A DNA stretch of 64,000 bases from the human T2T-CHM13v2.0 reference genome, Homo sapiens, in the NCBI RefSeq assembly GCF_009914755.1, contig NC_060926.1; one strand, 5' to 3'. This document shows positions 33,185 through 49,135 of the stretch, in pieces. The first letter of the stretch is position 1, and each line of letters begins with the position of its first letter. The translations under genes were made by a program, and so were the position numbers. The notes beneath the pieces were generated by a model. The model was not told where the DNA came from, made no database searches, and saw nothing but the letters and a program-made list of their open reading frames with translations.

Positions 33185-33780
33185 ATGCATTCAATATTTA
33201 TGTAGCCCCTACTATGTGTAAGGAACTGTCCTGCAAACTAGGAGTTGAGAGGGACATGACTAAGACAAAGCCTTTGTCTTTAGCAAGCCCAAAAACTACC
33301 CAATATGGTAGGCACATAAACAAAAAGTATGGTACATTATAATTAGGGCTATAATAGAGATAAGCTAGTGTGCCATAAGAGCATTAATGAGCATTACTTA
33401 CACCTCTGCTATCTCTTCTTCTGAATGCACTCCTCATTAGAGGTTAGAAATAGGAATAGGAAGAGGGAGAGAGAGAGAGAGAGTGAATGTGTATGTGTGT
33501 AGTGAGTGGGGCAGCAGAGATGACAATTGATCTGAGTGATCAAAGGATAATTGGAGTTCACTACATGAGCAAAGAAAGAAGGGGAAGGGCATTTCAACAG
33601 GAACAGGTGGGCAAATGCATTGAAGTATGAAAGTGCCCAGTTCAAGAGACCATGAGCACTACTAGTGTGATTGTGGGTGCAGTAGGTGAGTGGAGTACCT
33701 GGACATAAAAATGGAATCAAGTTGTGAATATTTTATATATGATTGCTAAGAAATTTGGACTTTATTGTGTAGACAGTAGG
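33185..33780 (-). mobile_element. L2 fragment
   Basis: cattcaatatttat...ctactatgtg and aaatttggactttatt, typical of antisense L2. Confidence 0.6.
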
Positions 33781-33837
33781 AATAGTAGCATTCTATTGAA
33801 ACCAGGTACTGAATGGCACTATTAAAAGATTGTAGTA

Positions 33838-33992
33838 AATTAGCTGGGCATGGTGGGCATGGTGCCTGTGGTCCTAGCTACCCAGGAGGTTAAGGTGGGA
33901 GGATTGCTTGAACCCAGGAGTTAGAGGTTACAGTAAGCTATGATTGCCCCACTGCACTGTAGTCTGGCTGACAGCAAGACCCTAGCAAAAAC

Positions 33993-34046
<54 letters not shown>

Positions 34047-34070
34047 CTGCAGGCAAGCAGGCAGGCAGGC
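33838..34070 (+). mobile_element. Alu right monomer with (GA)n and (GCAG)n tail
   Basis: Right arm only; perfect GA run at ~33997-34042. Confidence 0.85.
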
Positions 34071-34089
34071 AGGGCTGCAGTACCTGATA

Positions 34090-34365
34090 CAGCTATGTAT
34101 TTGAAAACTGTACGGATGAATCTCAAATGCATTATTCAGAAGGCTACATTTGGTATCATTCTACTTACATGGCATTCCAGAAAAGGCAGAATTATAGGAA
34201 CAGATAACTAGTGGTTGCCCAGGGGTAGGGAGGGGTACAGAGGAGTTTTGGGAAGTAAAAGAATAGTGCTGTATCCAGTGTGGTGGAGGTTATACAAGTG
34301 TATGCATTTGTCAAAACTTGCATAACTGCACACTGAATGGATGCATTTTACTGTATGTAAATTCT
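34090..34365 (+). mobile_element. L1ME-like 3' end fragment
   Basis: atgaatctcaaatgcattat...gtatgcatttgtcaaaact...atgcattttactgtatgtaaatt. Confidence 0.7.
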
Positions 34366-34407
<42 letters not shown>

Positions 34408-34408
34408 G
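34366..34408. repeat. (ATC)n trinucleotide microsatellite
   Basis: About 14 perfect units. Confidence 0.97.
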
Positions 34409-35079
34409 CTGCAGAAGCAGAGAATATCCTGAGCAACAGAGCCCTCCTATAATAATGCATAGCACTTCCAGAGGAGCTTGTCTTAACATTCCTATCTTCT
34501 TTGCCTTATTTCTGTTGCCTTCCCTGTCTTCAGCTTCTGCTGTTACTGATACTTTTGGCATTTTAACCTGGGGCCCCAGTGACTTCCTTTGATAGATCTT
34601 GGGTCCACAGTTGTAAAACAGAACTGGAGCTCACTCTGTTGGTTTCCAGGATCAACCTTGTATACCAGTGGATACTATTTGATAAAGGAAAAACACATGA
34701 TCAGATTTCAATAGAATGAAAACTTTGAAGACAGTATGTGACAGATAGAAACTGAAGAAAATGAAGACAAGGATATAGATGAGTAACATTTATAATATCC
34801 CAGGCCAGAAATCATGAGGTTCTGAGCCATTGAGCAATGCAGTGAAGAAAGAGTAAACAAAATTGTTTAGTTAGAAGAGAGAAGACTACAGAATAGGGTC
34901 TGAGGGAGGAAAAAAGAAGAATAAGAGTCAAGGATGATTCAGAAGTTTCTAGCTTTGGGGCAGCTGGTTGGATTGCTCATTCCACTTACTCAAATTCAAA
35001 AAATATTGAGTACTGAACTGTATGCTTAACAATGGTTAAATTAGTAAATTTAATGTTAGGTGTTTTCTACTACAATTTA

Positions 35080-37800
35080 AAAAATATTTATTGAGCACTC
35101 AGTGTGCCAAGCAATGGAAATAATAGACACTGGATATAATAGACACAGTTTCTAACTTTCTGGAGATACTACAAAGTGAACCCACAAATAATATACATAA
35201 AAATCATGGTAAATGCATCGGAGGAAAAGAACAGGGTACTATAAATACAATGATATTAGATCTGTTAAGAGATAATAAGGAGACAACAGTAAGGGAGAAG
35301 AATTCCAGGCAACATGTGTGAAGTCCTTGAAGCAAGTAATAACTTGTCGTGTTTAAAGAATCGAAAAAAGGCTATGTAACTGGAAAGGAGTGAGCAAGGG
35401 GACAGTGATGTTATACAAGTCAGAGAACGTAGGCACTGCCTGGGATGTAAAGGATCTTACGGACCATTGTAACAATTTTGGCATTAAATCATGCGTGGTG
35501 GAAAGCCAGTTAAGTTAGTGTATGTATGTATTTGTTGAGGGAAAGGCAACGTGATTTGTAACTTCGTATTCTACCGTACATTTTATTTTAACAAATGAAC
35601 TGTCCCTACTTTTATCTAAGGACTCACACATCAATTTGTGTATTAAATCCATCTCTGTGGTCTACTCAGGGCTTTGATCCTGATTTTACCTCTCTGCTTC
35701 TTGCATCAGTGTCTTATTCTGTACCTGACCACTTCAGTTAGGTTACAGATATAATATAGCCCATCTTTAAAAAAAAAAAAAACAAAAAACCCTGCTAGAC
35801 TCCAGGAATCCCTTCATCTACTTCCCTGTTTCTCTGCCCCCGCTACTGAAAAAGTTGTCTGTACTCCTCATCTCTAGTTCCTTAAGTCTACTCCAAACAG
35901 GCTTTTCTATCTCTGTCCTTTGAAACCTCTCTGGTTAAAGTCACTCACATCTTGCCAAGTCCAGTGCTTAATTTTAGTCTATCTTATTGATCCCTTCAGC
36001 AACATTTAATGTAGCTGATTACTTTTTCCTTTATAAATTTTTAGCAGAATTGTTTTAGCTAGATAACATATTAATATGGTTCAAAAATCAAAATAACATA
36101 AAAAGATATACATGGGGAAGTCTTGCTTCTACTCCTGTACCATTTACTACATTTCACCCCTTTCCACCCTGCTTCCTAACCATAACCACTACTATTAGCT
36201 TCTTGTGTATTCTCCTCGTAGTTTTTACACACATACAAGCAAATCCAAATGTTTATTCGTATTATTCCCTTTCTTGCCCCAAAGGTAACATCCTATAAAC
36301 ACTGGTCTGCCTCCTTAATTTTGCTCTTCTCATTTAACAGTTATCCTAGAAATCTTTTCAATTTGGTATATGGAGAGCTTCCTTATTCTGTGTACATCTC
36401 TATTCCAGTATGTGGATGTACTATAATTTATTTAGCCAATTACTCATACATGGTGTTTTCAGTCCTTTGTTGTTATGAGCAATGCTGCAATGAATAACCT
36501 TGTACATATATTATTTCATATATGTTGGATAAATTTTCTGAAGTGAGTCAAAGTATAAATGACTGTAATTTTGATAGTCATTGTCAAAAGGCCTTCCAAA
36601 GGGGTTGTACCATTTGCAATCAGATCTAATTCTATGACTTAAAAAATACTGTCTCTTTAGTTATGTGTTTCAAATTTGTATCTCTAGTTCCCACTTTTTC
36701 CTGAGCTCTGCCTACTCAGCATTTCTCCTGGTGCAAAATTGAACTATATTTTTCTTCCAAACTTCTTCTCAACATTTCTCTTGCTGCAAAATTGAAATGT
36801 ATTTTCCTTCCAAACTTGCTGTTTCCCCTGTTTTTCCTATCTCCTAGAAAATGGCATTGCCTTTCATGCAGTTGCTCAGGAAGAAAACTTAAGAGCCATT
36901 TTTTTCTCCTGTTTCCTATAAACTACCTATCCTAGTTCAAATAGATCTTTATTTGATGGTGGAAATGTTCTGTATCTGCATTAATGTAGTATCCACAAGC
37001 TACACGTGACTGTTGATCACCTAAAGCATGGCTAGTTTCTCTAAAGAGCTGAATTTTACAGAGTGAAAAATAAATCTAAAGGCCCTGAGGCTAGAATGAC
37101 TGAGCATGAGGACCAGAATACTAATGGAACAAAAAAGGCGGTGAGCGGAAAGAAACAAGTTTGGAGAGAGAGGAGATGACCAGGTCACACAGGGCCTCAA
37201 AGGTCACGGTAATTTTATTCTGCAGGTTATGGGAAGCCATTGGTGGGTTCTGATTCGCGGGAGTGACATAATCTGATTAATAATATTAAAAATCATTCCA
37301 GCAAGACTTCCAGTTCCAAAAGATACTTGGGAGATCTTTCTACTGCAAAACAGTAAGATACTGCATAAAATAAAGATTTTTATTGAATTGTCAGGCACAG
37401 TTATTGTTTTCTTTAAATAACAGAAAACCTGAGGGGTGAGCCGTGAGCTCTCCTGAAAGACAGAGTTAACCAAGAGCAGAAAAATTGTTTTGTTTTGTGC
37501 ATATCTTGATGTATATATTATCTTTCACAGTAAGTAAATAAAAATTTTAAACTTGGCATACCTCTAAAGCAGAGAAACATTATTTCTCCAGTTTTCTAAC
37601 AACTCAGTCCCTCATTTCATTCAAATCTCTTCTCAAATGCTACCTCCTTAAAGAAGCCTTCCCTGAGTACCCTATATAAACCACCCCTTTTCTCCAATCA
37701 CTATATCATACCTATGTACTTTGGTCTTCTTTATTTCTATATCCTTAGAGCCTAGCATTGGTGCTTAGTATGCAATAGGTACTCAATAAATAATTGTTGG
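35080..37800. mobile_element. Mosaic of L2 fragments (both strands), an antisense L1ME piece (~36050-36620) and a MER3-like fragment (~36950-37060)
   Basis: L2 3' ends at 35085 (atatttattgagcact) and 37780 (taggtactcaataaata); gatggtggaaatgttctgtatctgca is MER3-like. Confidence 0.6.
36712..36817. repeat. 53-bp diverged tandem duplication
   Basis: ct(a/t)ctca(g/a)catttctc...tgcaaaattgaa...ttccaaactt twice. Confidence 0.85.
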
Positions 37801-39416
37801 GTGGATGGATAGACGAAAGGAAAAGAAAGAGGGAGAGAAGGAAGGAAGGAAAAGAGAGAAGGAAGAGGGGAGAAAAGAGGATCGGAGAGGAGACCAAGAC
37901 AGTCATCCTGGCTCGGCCTTTAATAGAGAAAGAGAATGTAAGGATAATTTTGTGTTTTAAAAAAATGAATTTGGTTTTAGATAGACTAAGTTTTAGCTTC
38001 TACTTCCATTGTTTTTCCCCCTCTTCCATGTAGAATATGCACCTACACGCAGATGGCAGAATTAACATGAGATTGGTCTTGCCTGTTTAAGGGGCTGGTG
38101 AAGTGTTCATTACATTTTGTGAAATAGGCAATTAATAGGAAAGAAAAATGCAAACTATAAGAAAATGGCCCTTAAACTTTCAAAAATACCTCAGCTCAGA
38201 ATAATCAGAAGGTGCTGGCTTGTTGAGGTTTAGGAGAAAATTAATTAATTGTGGCCTTCACAGAGAAGATGTTTCATTCATGAACTCAGGAGCTGAAGGG
38301 GTCTTCCCTAAATTCAGGACAACATTGAGAACAAGGCCATGGGGGACTGAGCCTTGGAGTAGAACAGTGACATCTGCACATAAGGGATATTGTTAAGGCC
38401 CATGTGGAGAAAATAAAGCTGGCTTCAAGTGTCTCAAGGTACAAGACATATTTTAATAGAGAAATGGGCAGTGCACATTTTGTAATGTTTAGTATCTCCT
38501 GTGTTCCTTCCTGTCCCTTTATTGAGAATAAGGAATTTTTCCATTCAGTTTTGCAGTTTATAGGCTCTCACTCAGGGATAATATGAAAGCATACACTCTT
38601 GCCAGAAATTTTTAGGTGTGGACTTGGAGACTCTGGGTCTGAACCAGGTGACAGCAGTTTACATCAGACTTGGACAAAGAACACCTGGCATTTGTTCTGT
38701 CACAGACATATTACATGCATATATGCTGGAGTTCCACACTGAGGCCATCTGAAAGTTTCAACGATGATGGTGGTTCCTAACTGCTAAATCATGAAAATCT
38801 TTGACATAGGACATTCTACCTTGATTTATCTGGGTCTCTTTCCATATAAACTCATTACTTCAAAGACGTCTATCTGCTGACCAGTTGGCAGAAGTTCCCT
38901 ATGCATCATAGCAATTTCTTACATTTATAAGATTCTCCATAGTCTCCACAACACTGAAATATGCACAGTTTATTTTATTGTCTGTACAGAATCGTGAAGT
39001 AGATGGAGTGGGTGCTGTTGTCTCCACTTTACAAATAAAGGTTAGACCATTCATTGTATCACATGTAAGTGTGCTACATTTCAGGCAAACACAAATTTTA
39101 GAATGGAATTACTGAGTAATAACTTGCAAAAATGAATCTTCTATTTACAAAAATAGGATTTGGAAAACCTCTGTTCAGTAGTAAACTTTGCTAGTACATT
39201 TAAGGGTTCTATGGTGCATTAACTACTAGACCCAAGCTTGGAGAAACACAGATATCATGGTCTCATTAGTCACTTCCAATATAAGGAAAATAAAAAAATG
39301 AAGACTAAATATTTACTCTAAAATTACATCATTGAGAAAGTGTAATTCAGTGAAGGAAAATGATGTTCACAGGCTTTTTTGAAAAATGGGAGGTTATCTT
39401 ACTTAAAATGGGGAAA

Positions 39417-39722
39417 TGACCAGGCATAGTAGCTCACATCTTTAATCCCAGGTCTTTGGGAGGCTAAGGCAATGGGGGACACAGGACTGCTTAACCCCAG
39501 GATTTCAAGACCAGACTGGGCAACATGGTGAGACCCCATCTTCACAAAACAATTTTAATTAGGTGGGTGTGGTGGTGCATGCCTGTAATCCCAGGTACTC
39601 AGGAGGCTCAAGTGGGAGGATCACTTGAGATCAGGAGATCGAGGCTGCAGTGAGCTGTGATCACACTACTGCATTCCAGCCTGGGAGGCAGAGTGAGACC
39701 CTGTCTTTAAAAAAAAAAGAAA
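39417..39722 (+). mobile_element. AluJ
   Basis: Diverged dimer with A tail. Confidence 0.9.
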
Positions 39723-40691
39723 AAGGTTGGGAGGAAGTGTTTTTTGTTTTTTGTGGGTGTGTGTGTATGTGTATATATATATATATATATTTTCTTTCTC
39801 TGAATTTTATCTTAAGTTTTGTCTATCAAGATTTGAGAAATTATAGTAAAATATATTGGTGACATTGATGGCAAATGATGTTATCAGTTTGTTTATATTT
39901 ATACTCATATTTTGCTGTCAACTTAAACTATGCACTGAAATATCTTCTTGGAAAGTATATCTTATGTATTTGATTATTTTTTATTATGAAGCAGTAGCAA
40001 GTTGTTCTTAGCAGTTGTTTGAGTTTATATGGTAAGTAGCCAAGTAATTTCTTTAAAAGTCTTATATTCAGTTTTGCCTTATACTGTGAAGCTCATTTAA
40101 AGTCAACAACACTATATTTTATAGAAAGTATTTATTTTCCTTTATTAAGCCATAGGAACAACAGTGGCCTTTTCCTTGATTGCTTGAAACTAATTGAGCT
40201 TGGTTCATCTTAAGTTGGCAGGTGTCTTTTTTAACTTGGACATAAGATGTGTGAGTAAGTGTTCCCGTATTTTAGTCATGATGAGTTACGAGCCTATTAA
40301 AAATAATTATCTTCACCTCATAAATCTTTCTTTAGTTAAGTTTATTTTAGTTCTTACTTTAATCTTCCTATTAATGTCTGCTAGTTTGGGTCAGATGCAT
40401 ATGAATAGCAACAAATTATAGATTTGAGCTATATTTAGCATAGAGAAAAAGGCCAGTGGCATAGTATATTATAGCTGTAGTTCAGTGTCTGTTCAAAAGA
40501 GTTTCAGGCTCAACCCAACCCATCTATTTTGCTGTTTATTGGAATTGGGAACGTTTAAAAAAGTTGAATACGATAATTTAGCTTCATTTGATAGAACTGG
40601 ATAATTTAAAAAGTTGGAGATGCTATTTTATAGAGGAAACAAAAAAAAGGGAGGCTGCATTTGCCAAAATCTAATGATGATAACAGGGTTA

Positions 40692-41081
<390 letters not shown>

Positions 41082-41149
41082 CTACCAAGTATCAAGAACA
41101 TTATTATAATTTTTAGCAAATATGGTTATAATATTTATAACACACAACT

Positions 41150-41444
41150 TCCAGGTTGGAGGCCTACCTGATAAATCAAGTATTTCTGAGACAGTGTGGG
41201 CATGTTAGTTACACGTTCTACAAGAGCATTTTTTAAGTCATGTTCAAGAGTGTGCTTTGCCATTGGCTTCTCCATTTGTTGAATTCAGGATGACCTATGC
41301 ATGAATAAATACGATTAAGGTATGAATTTTTCAACAATGAAAAAAGCAACAGATGTAGCTGACTTTGAACGTGGGAGGATTGTTGATGCACTAGTGCCTA
41401 AGGGGAGTGTCTATGAGGGGAGGAAAAAGGAAAGAAAAAAATAA
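41150..41444 (+). mobile_element. Possible ancient Tc1-like DNA transposon remnant
   Basis: 41337-41444 translates MKKATDVADFERGRIVDALVPKGSV..., similar to the Tc1 N-terminus DLSDFERGxIVGARxAGxS. The left boundary is a guess. Confidence 0.45.
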
Positions 41445-42500
41445 CTTTCCAAAATGTCAGAAACATAGGAGGGGAAGAGTAAAAATAGTCCAGAATACCT
41501 CTGTAGGTCTTTTGTAATTGTGATGAAATTACCTTGCAGTTTGAAAATCACTATTCTTTAAAATGTTTAACATTTTTCTTTTTGTATTACAAAGATGTTG
41601 CTTGAAAAAAATATATACATGCATTTTCAAAAATATGGATGGCTAAAGGGGTATCGTTAGGAAAATAGGAATTACTAGTAAATGATTTTATGAAGGCTGC
41701 TTCTTTCTGTCATCTTATTCCATGTTGGGCTGTAATAGTTAAAACTGTGAATATTGCATAAAAATTATTCTGTTAGGTTATAAATGAAAAGTAACAAGTG
41801 GCAAGACTCCAAAATAATTATATGTATGATGAGACCATAGTTAATTTCTGACTGGTATATATGAAATATTTTTAAACAGTTATTGCATATAAATCACTTT
41901 ACTTCATTATATTTTGCTTTGTTTCATGTAAAAATAGTTGGTTTATTTTAAAAGATATTAGTTTGTTATATAGATTCTCCTTTCAGGTGATTTAATTCAC
42001 AACTAAATCTTATCTTTAGTGTCTATTCCATGCTAAATGTGCATTCTGGAAGAACTGGCATTTTTGACATCAGTGTATTCTAGTTCTTGCTATTATTAGC
42101 TCACTTGCTAAGTGAGCTCTTGTAGTATGCGGTAATGAATAATCTTTGAGCTGTGAAAAGAAGCAAAATGCACAGAGAAGCATTTAAAACAAAGGGATAA
42201 TTTTATGCTTCAACTATTAATAACTGAAAGTTCTTTAGAGGGTTTAGTGGGCAAATTTATGAGGAAAAATAAAGAATGAAATTGTTATGTCTATTCACTT
42301 TATTAAAATTACATGCTAAGTCTTAAAGGAACATTCTAGATATAAAATATTTAAACTGCTCCAACTTGGTGTAGCATTTTTACAATAAATTTCTATCAGT
42401 GTGAATCTATATGATAGTTAACTCCTATAATGCCTATAGTTCTAATTTTAAAATATGTAAAGGAATGAATCCATGCAAGAAGATTGTAATAAAGGTTTTA

Positions 42501-42893
<393 letters not shown>

Positions 42894-43494
42894 AACATAT
42901 TGAGTGAAAAGGTCTGCTCCCCAAAAGGAGAAAATTTTCGTCCATAGTTTCTTCATCTAATACAAAATTTTTAAATAGGTCCTCACCTCCTTCTTTGATT
43001 TTGCAGTGATCATTTAAAACCTGAGTACATATCTTACTTCCACCACCAGCACCACCAAATCTAAGAAATAATTACTTACCTTTCTATGTTTTGGTTTATT
43101 TTTGCTCTTTGGACTACAAGCAATATAAGGCTTGTAAGGGAAATTGTACATTCATAGCAATCAAATAACCATAAAATATGATATAGAGAGTAAATTACCA
43201 TAAGAAACTGTGGTATATGGAAAGTGGTGTGGAACTTTAGAGAAAGGAAAGGATTCTTGAAGGAAGTGACATTTGAGCCTATGTCTTACTGGTTTGGTAG
43301 AACTGAGACAAAGAAATAGTTGAGGGACATCTTGAGCAGGTGAAATACTCCGAGTACTTCCTCACATAAACCCTGTGTAGTGGTCTTTCTCAAATATTTA
43401 CAGTTCCCTTTACATGCCTTCTCTTCCATTCCTTTATGGCTGCACCTGTAGGCCTTTTATCTAGAATAACACTCATCATAGTTTACAGTGCATC

Positions 43495-43610
43495 TACTCC
43501 ACATCTCCATCATAGAGAGGAGGAAACAGACACAAAGGATTTAGGTAGTTTGCCCAAGGTTACCCCATGAGTTAGGTGTCAGCCAGGACTGGAACTTGAG
43601 CCCATGTGCT
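43495..43610 (-). mobile_element. MIR fragment
   Basis: gaggaaacagacac...tttgcccaaggttac...gccaggactggaac. Confidence 0.7.
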
Positions 43611-43934
43611 TCACCCCCCCGGCCCATGGGCTGCCCGATGGTGGCAGAACCCCTGAGGATTATCAAGGTCCCTTGGGGAATAAGGACCTCAGTGTGGAAC
43701 AGGAGCCCTGCCAGGTGTGGGGGTACCCCTGGAGGACTGGGGGATTGGCTGACCTAACTCAAGTTATATCTCACTTGAGATCTAACTCAAGTGACTCTTC
43801 CCATGTGAAGATCCCTCCCAGACTGCCAAAGCAAAGACTATTACTCTAACTTTTTGTTTTTGTTTTTTCTTTTTTTGCGGGGGATGGAGTCTCTCTCTGC
43901 CACCCTAAATTCATGCTAAAGATTTCTAGTGTCT

Positions 43935-45050
<1,116 letters not shown>

Positions 45051-45099
45051 GATTTTTAATTCACAAGAGATGCTTTTGACGTTGTATATAAAAAAAAAC

Positions 45100-47950
45100 T
45101 TTCACTAAGGATTTTAAGATTTCCTCTTATGTTTTCATTGGATTGTTTATAATTTTAGCTTTCACATTTAGGTCTGTGACCCACTTGGAGTTAAATTGTG
45201 TTATGTTCAAGGTTAGATTGAAGTTATTTTGTCTTTTTTTTTTTTTTTAGCGTATTTATACCCAGTCATTCCAGCACTGCATGTTGAACAGACTGTTCTT
45301 TCTCTTCTAAGTTGCCTTTTTCACTTCTGTTGAAAGGTAATTTACTGTATACGTGTCCGTCTATTTTCAGACTCTGTCCCAGTGATCTGTTTGTCTATCT
45401 TTACACAGTATCACACTATCTTCATTCCTGTTGCTTTATCATAAGTCTTAAGGTTAGAGAGTGTAAGTTCGTCATCTTGCTCTTTTTCAAAGTTATCTTG
45501 GCTATTTTAGATCCTTTGCATTTCCATATGAACTTTAGCATCAGCTTCTCAATTTCAGCTGGGATGCATTGGATGTATAGTATACAAGTATTACACACCT
45601 TTTATCCAGCTTATTCCTAAGTATTGCATTTTTGCAAATGGTAATATTGAAATTAAACTTTTAATTTTGAGTTAATTCTAGATTTACATATATTTTAAGA
45701 AATAATACAAAGAGATCCCATGTGTACTTTATCCAGTTTTTCCCAATAGAAACATCTTGCCAAGCTCTAGTACAATATCACAACCAGGATATTGACATCG
45801 TTACAGTCCAGATACAAAACATTTCTTTCACCACAAGGATACCTGGAGTTGCCCATTTACAGCCAAAACCACTAATCCACTTCTATAGTTTTGTCATTTC
45901 AAGAATGTAATATAAATGGAACCATATAGTATTATTTCAGGAATTTATACTTCAAGAATGTAATATAAATTGAATCATATAACCTTTTGGAATGGACTTT
46001 TTTTCACTTAGCATAATTATTTGGAGATTCATCTGGGTTTCGCATGTATCAATAGCTCATTCCTTCTTATTACTAAGTAGTATTTCACGATATGGTTATA
46101 CCACAGTTTAACCACTCACCTGTTGAAGGACATCTGATTGTTTCCTGTTTGGGGCTCTTATGGATAAAATGCTGCAAACATTTGTGTACCAATTTTTGTG
46201 TGATTAAAAGTTTTCTTTTCTCTGGCATTAAATGCCAGGAAGCATGGGGTTGTATAGTTAGTTGCCTGTTTAGTGTTCTAAGAAACTGCCAAATGATTTT
46301 CTTAGAGTGGATGTGACTTTTTATATTCCCACCAGCAATTTATGATTGATCCAGATTCACTACATCCTCCCCAGCATTTAGTGTTGTCATTATTTTTTAT
46401 TTTAGCTATTCTGATAGGTGTGTGGTGATATCTCACTGTTGCTTTAGTATGTATTTCCCTAAAGGCTAATGATTTTGAACTCTCTCTTAATCATCTTAGG
46501 CTGCTATAACACAATACCATAAACTGGTTGGCTTAAACAGCAGTCACAGTTTTGGAGACTGGAAAGTCCAAGTCACCAGCAGATTTGGTGTCTGGTGAGG
46601 GTCTGCTTCATGGTTTAGAGATGGCAGTCTTCTCACAGTGTCCTCACCTGCTTGAGAAAGGAAGCCAGCATTCTCTGGACTCTTACAAGGACACTAATCC
46701 ATTAATAAGGAGTCTAGCCTCATGACCTCATCTAAGCCTAATTACTTTCCAAAAACTATCTCCTAGTACCATCTCATTAAGGGTTAGGGTTTCAACTTAC
46801 GAATTTTAGGGGGACACAAGCATCCAGTTCATAACAAATATCTTTTCTTGAGTGTATTTGATATCTGTCTGTCCTCTTTGGTGAAATGTCTGTCAGTGCC
46901 TTTTGCCCATTTTCTAATTAAGTTATTTGCTATTGCATTATTATTGATTTCCTACAAGTTAACTTTAATCTCTCTAGTTTTGGTTCCTGACTGAAGTTTA
47001 TTTTGTCCTGGAGGAGGAACATTTGGCAATGTCTATATATGCCTTTAGTTGTCACACGAGAAGAAAGGAAATGTTACTGGCATCTAGTGGAATTATTTGT
47101 GTAGACTGGGTTCATTTCTTCTTTAAATGTTTGGGAGAATTTAACCAATGAAGCCATGTGGACCTGGAGTTTCCTTTGGGGTAAAGTTTTCAGCTACTAG
47201 TTAAATTTCTATAATAGCGGTATTTAGGTAATTTTTGTGTGTGTGAAAGAACTTTGGTAGTTTAAATCTTCCAAAGAGTTTGTCCATTTCATCTTAGCTG
47301 TCAAATTAATTGGCATAAAGTTCATAATTTTCTTTTATTTAAATCTTGTTGATATCTGTAGAATCTGTAGTGATATTACCTCTCTCATTTCTGATATTAG
47401 TAATTTGTGTTTTCACTTTCTTTTTTACCCCTAATCAGTCTGGCTCAAGATTTATCCACTTTACTCATCCTTTCAAGACCTAGCTGTTCGTTCCATTGAT
47501 TTTTTTTCTCTATTTTTTTCTTTCTGCTTCATTGACTTCTACTCTGATCTTTATTACTTCCTTCTTAGTTTCTTAAGGTGGAGGCTGAAATAACTGATTT
47601 AAGACCTTTATTCTTTTTTAATATAGGTGTTCAGTATTATATATATCCTGGTAAGACTTATTTTAGCTCCACAGGTTTTGATATATTGTGTTTTTATTTA
47701 CATCCAGGTCAAAATACTTCCTAATTTTTTTTATTTGTTTTGAGTCTTGGCTTATTTAGAAGTATCATTTAGTCTCGAGTACTTGTAAGTTTTCAAAATG
47801 TCTTTCTCTTCTTGATTTCTAACTTAATTCCATTGTGGTTAGAAAATTTATCTCATGATTTAAACTCTCTTAAATTTGCTTTATGGCCCAGAATATGATT
47901 GTCTTGGTAAATGTTTTATGTGCATCTGAAAAAAATCTGTATTCTCTAGT
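45100..47950 (-). mobile_element. Old L1M fragments (antisense) with nested inserts
   Basis: T-rich antisense ORF2/3'UTR sequence; MER20-like piece at ~47015-47090. Confidence 0.8.
46483..46836 (-). mobile_element. MaLR LTR (MLT1A-like)
   Basis: ggctgctataacacaataccataaactgg...gaattttagggggacacaagcatccagttcataaca. Confidence 0.85.
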
Positions 47951-48277
47951 CAGGTTTGTTTTGCTTCACCTCATATATCACTGATATATCTCCCAGTGCC
48001 TAGAACCAGTGGTTGGCACTTAGTAATGTCTTAATACATTTTTGTGGAATGCTTACATGTATGTGCTAAATCAAATATTTAACTCAAAAGAGTTGAACTC
48101 AGTGCTGTGGGCCTAGATCAGAGGAAATCATGTGTGAATAAATTCCTTAAAAATATGTTTTCCCATAGATTTAGGCGTGCAAGTACCGTTTTGTTACATG
48201 AATATATTGTGTAGTGGGAAGTCTGGGCTTTTAGTGTAATCAATAAATTCTTGTGAACAGAGCCTTCCCCCCACCCC

Positions 48278-48563
48278 GAGACAAGGTCTCACGCTGTCAC
48301 CTAGGCTGGAGTGCAGTGGCACAATCTTGGCTCAATGCAACCTCCACCTCCCAGGCTCTCAAGCGAGATCTTCCCACCTCAGCCTCCCGAGTAGCTGGGA
48401 CTACAGTTGCATGCCACCACGCCTGGTTAATTTTTGTATTTTTAGAAGAGATCAGGTTTCGCCATATCATGCAGGCTGGTCTCGAACTTCTAGACTGAAG
48501 TGATCCACCCGCCTTGGCCTTCCAAAGTGCTGGGATTCAGGTGTGAGCCACCATGCTCTGCTA
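48278..48563 (-). mobile_element. AluJ lacking a normal poly-A tail
   Basis: Reverse dimer; the tail position reads ttccccccacccc. Confidence 0.88.
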
Positions 48564-48800
48564 AGCAGAGTCTTTATGAGAAAACTGTGTCAGAATATGC
48601 TGAAAGACTTAAGACCAGAAAGTGAGCAGAAGTTTTACACCAAAACAGAATTGCCTCTGTGGGTTCTAAAAGGAAAATATGTTTGGAATCAGAAGGTGGA
48701 AATGTCAGCTGGCAAAAATGAACTGTGACCTGGTTCCCCAGCTGTATCAGAATTACTTGGGGTCTACTTTTTACCTCTGAATGACAGTTTTCAAGGGTAG

Positions 48801-49135
<335 letters not shown>

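Noticed and set aside
34341-34592. Poly-His ORF resembling a His-tag or synthetic insert
   Set aside because: It is an (ATC)n microsatellite at the tail of an L1ME fragment.
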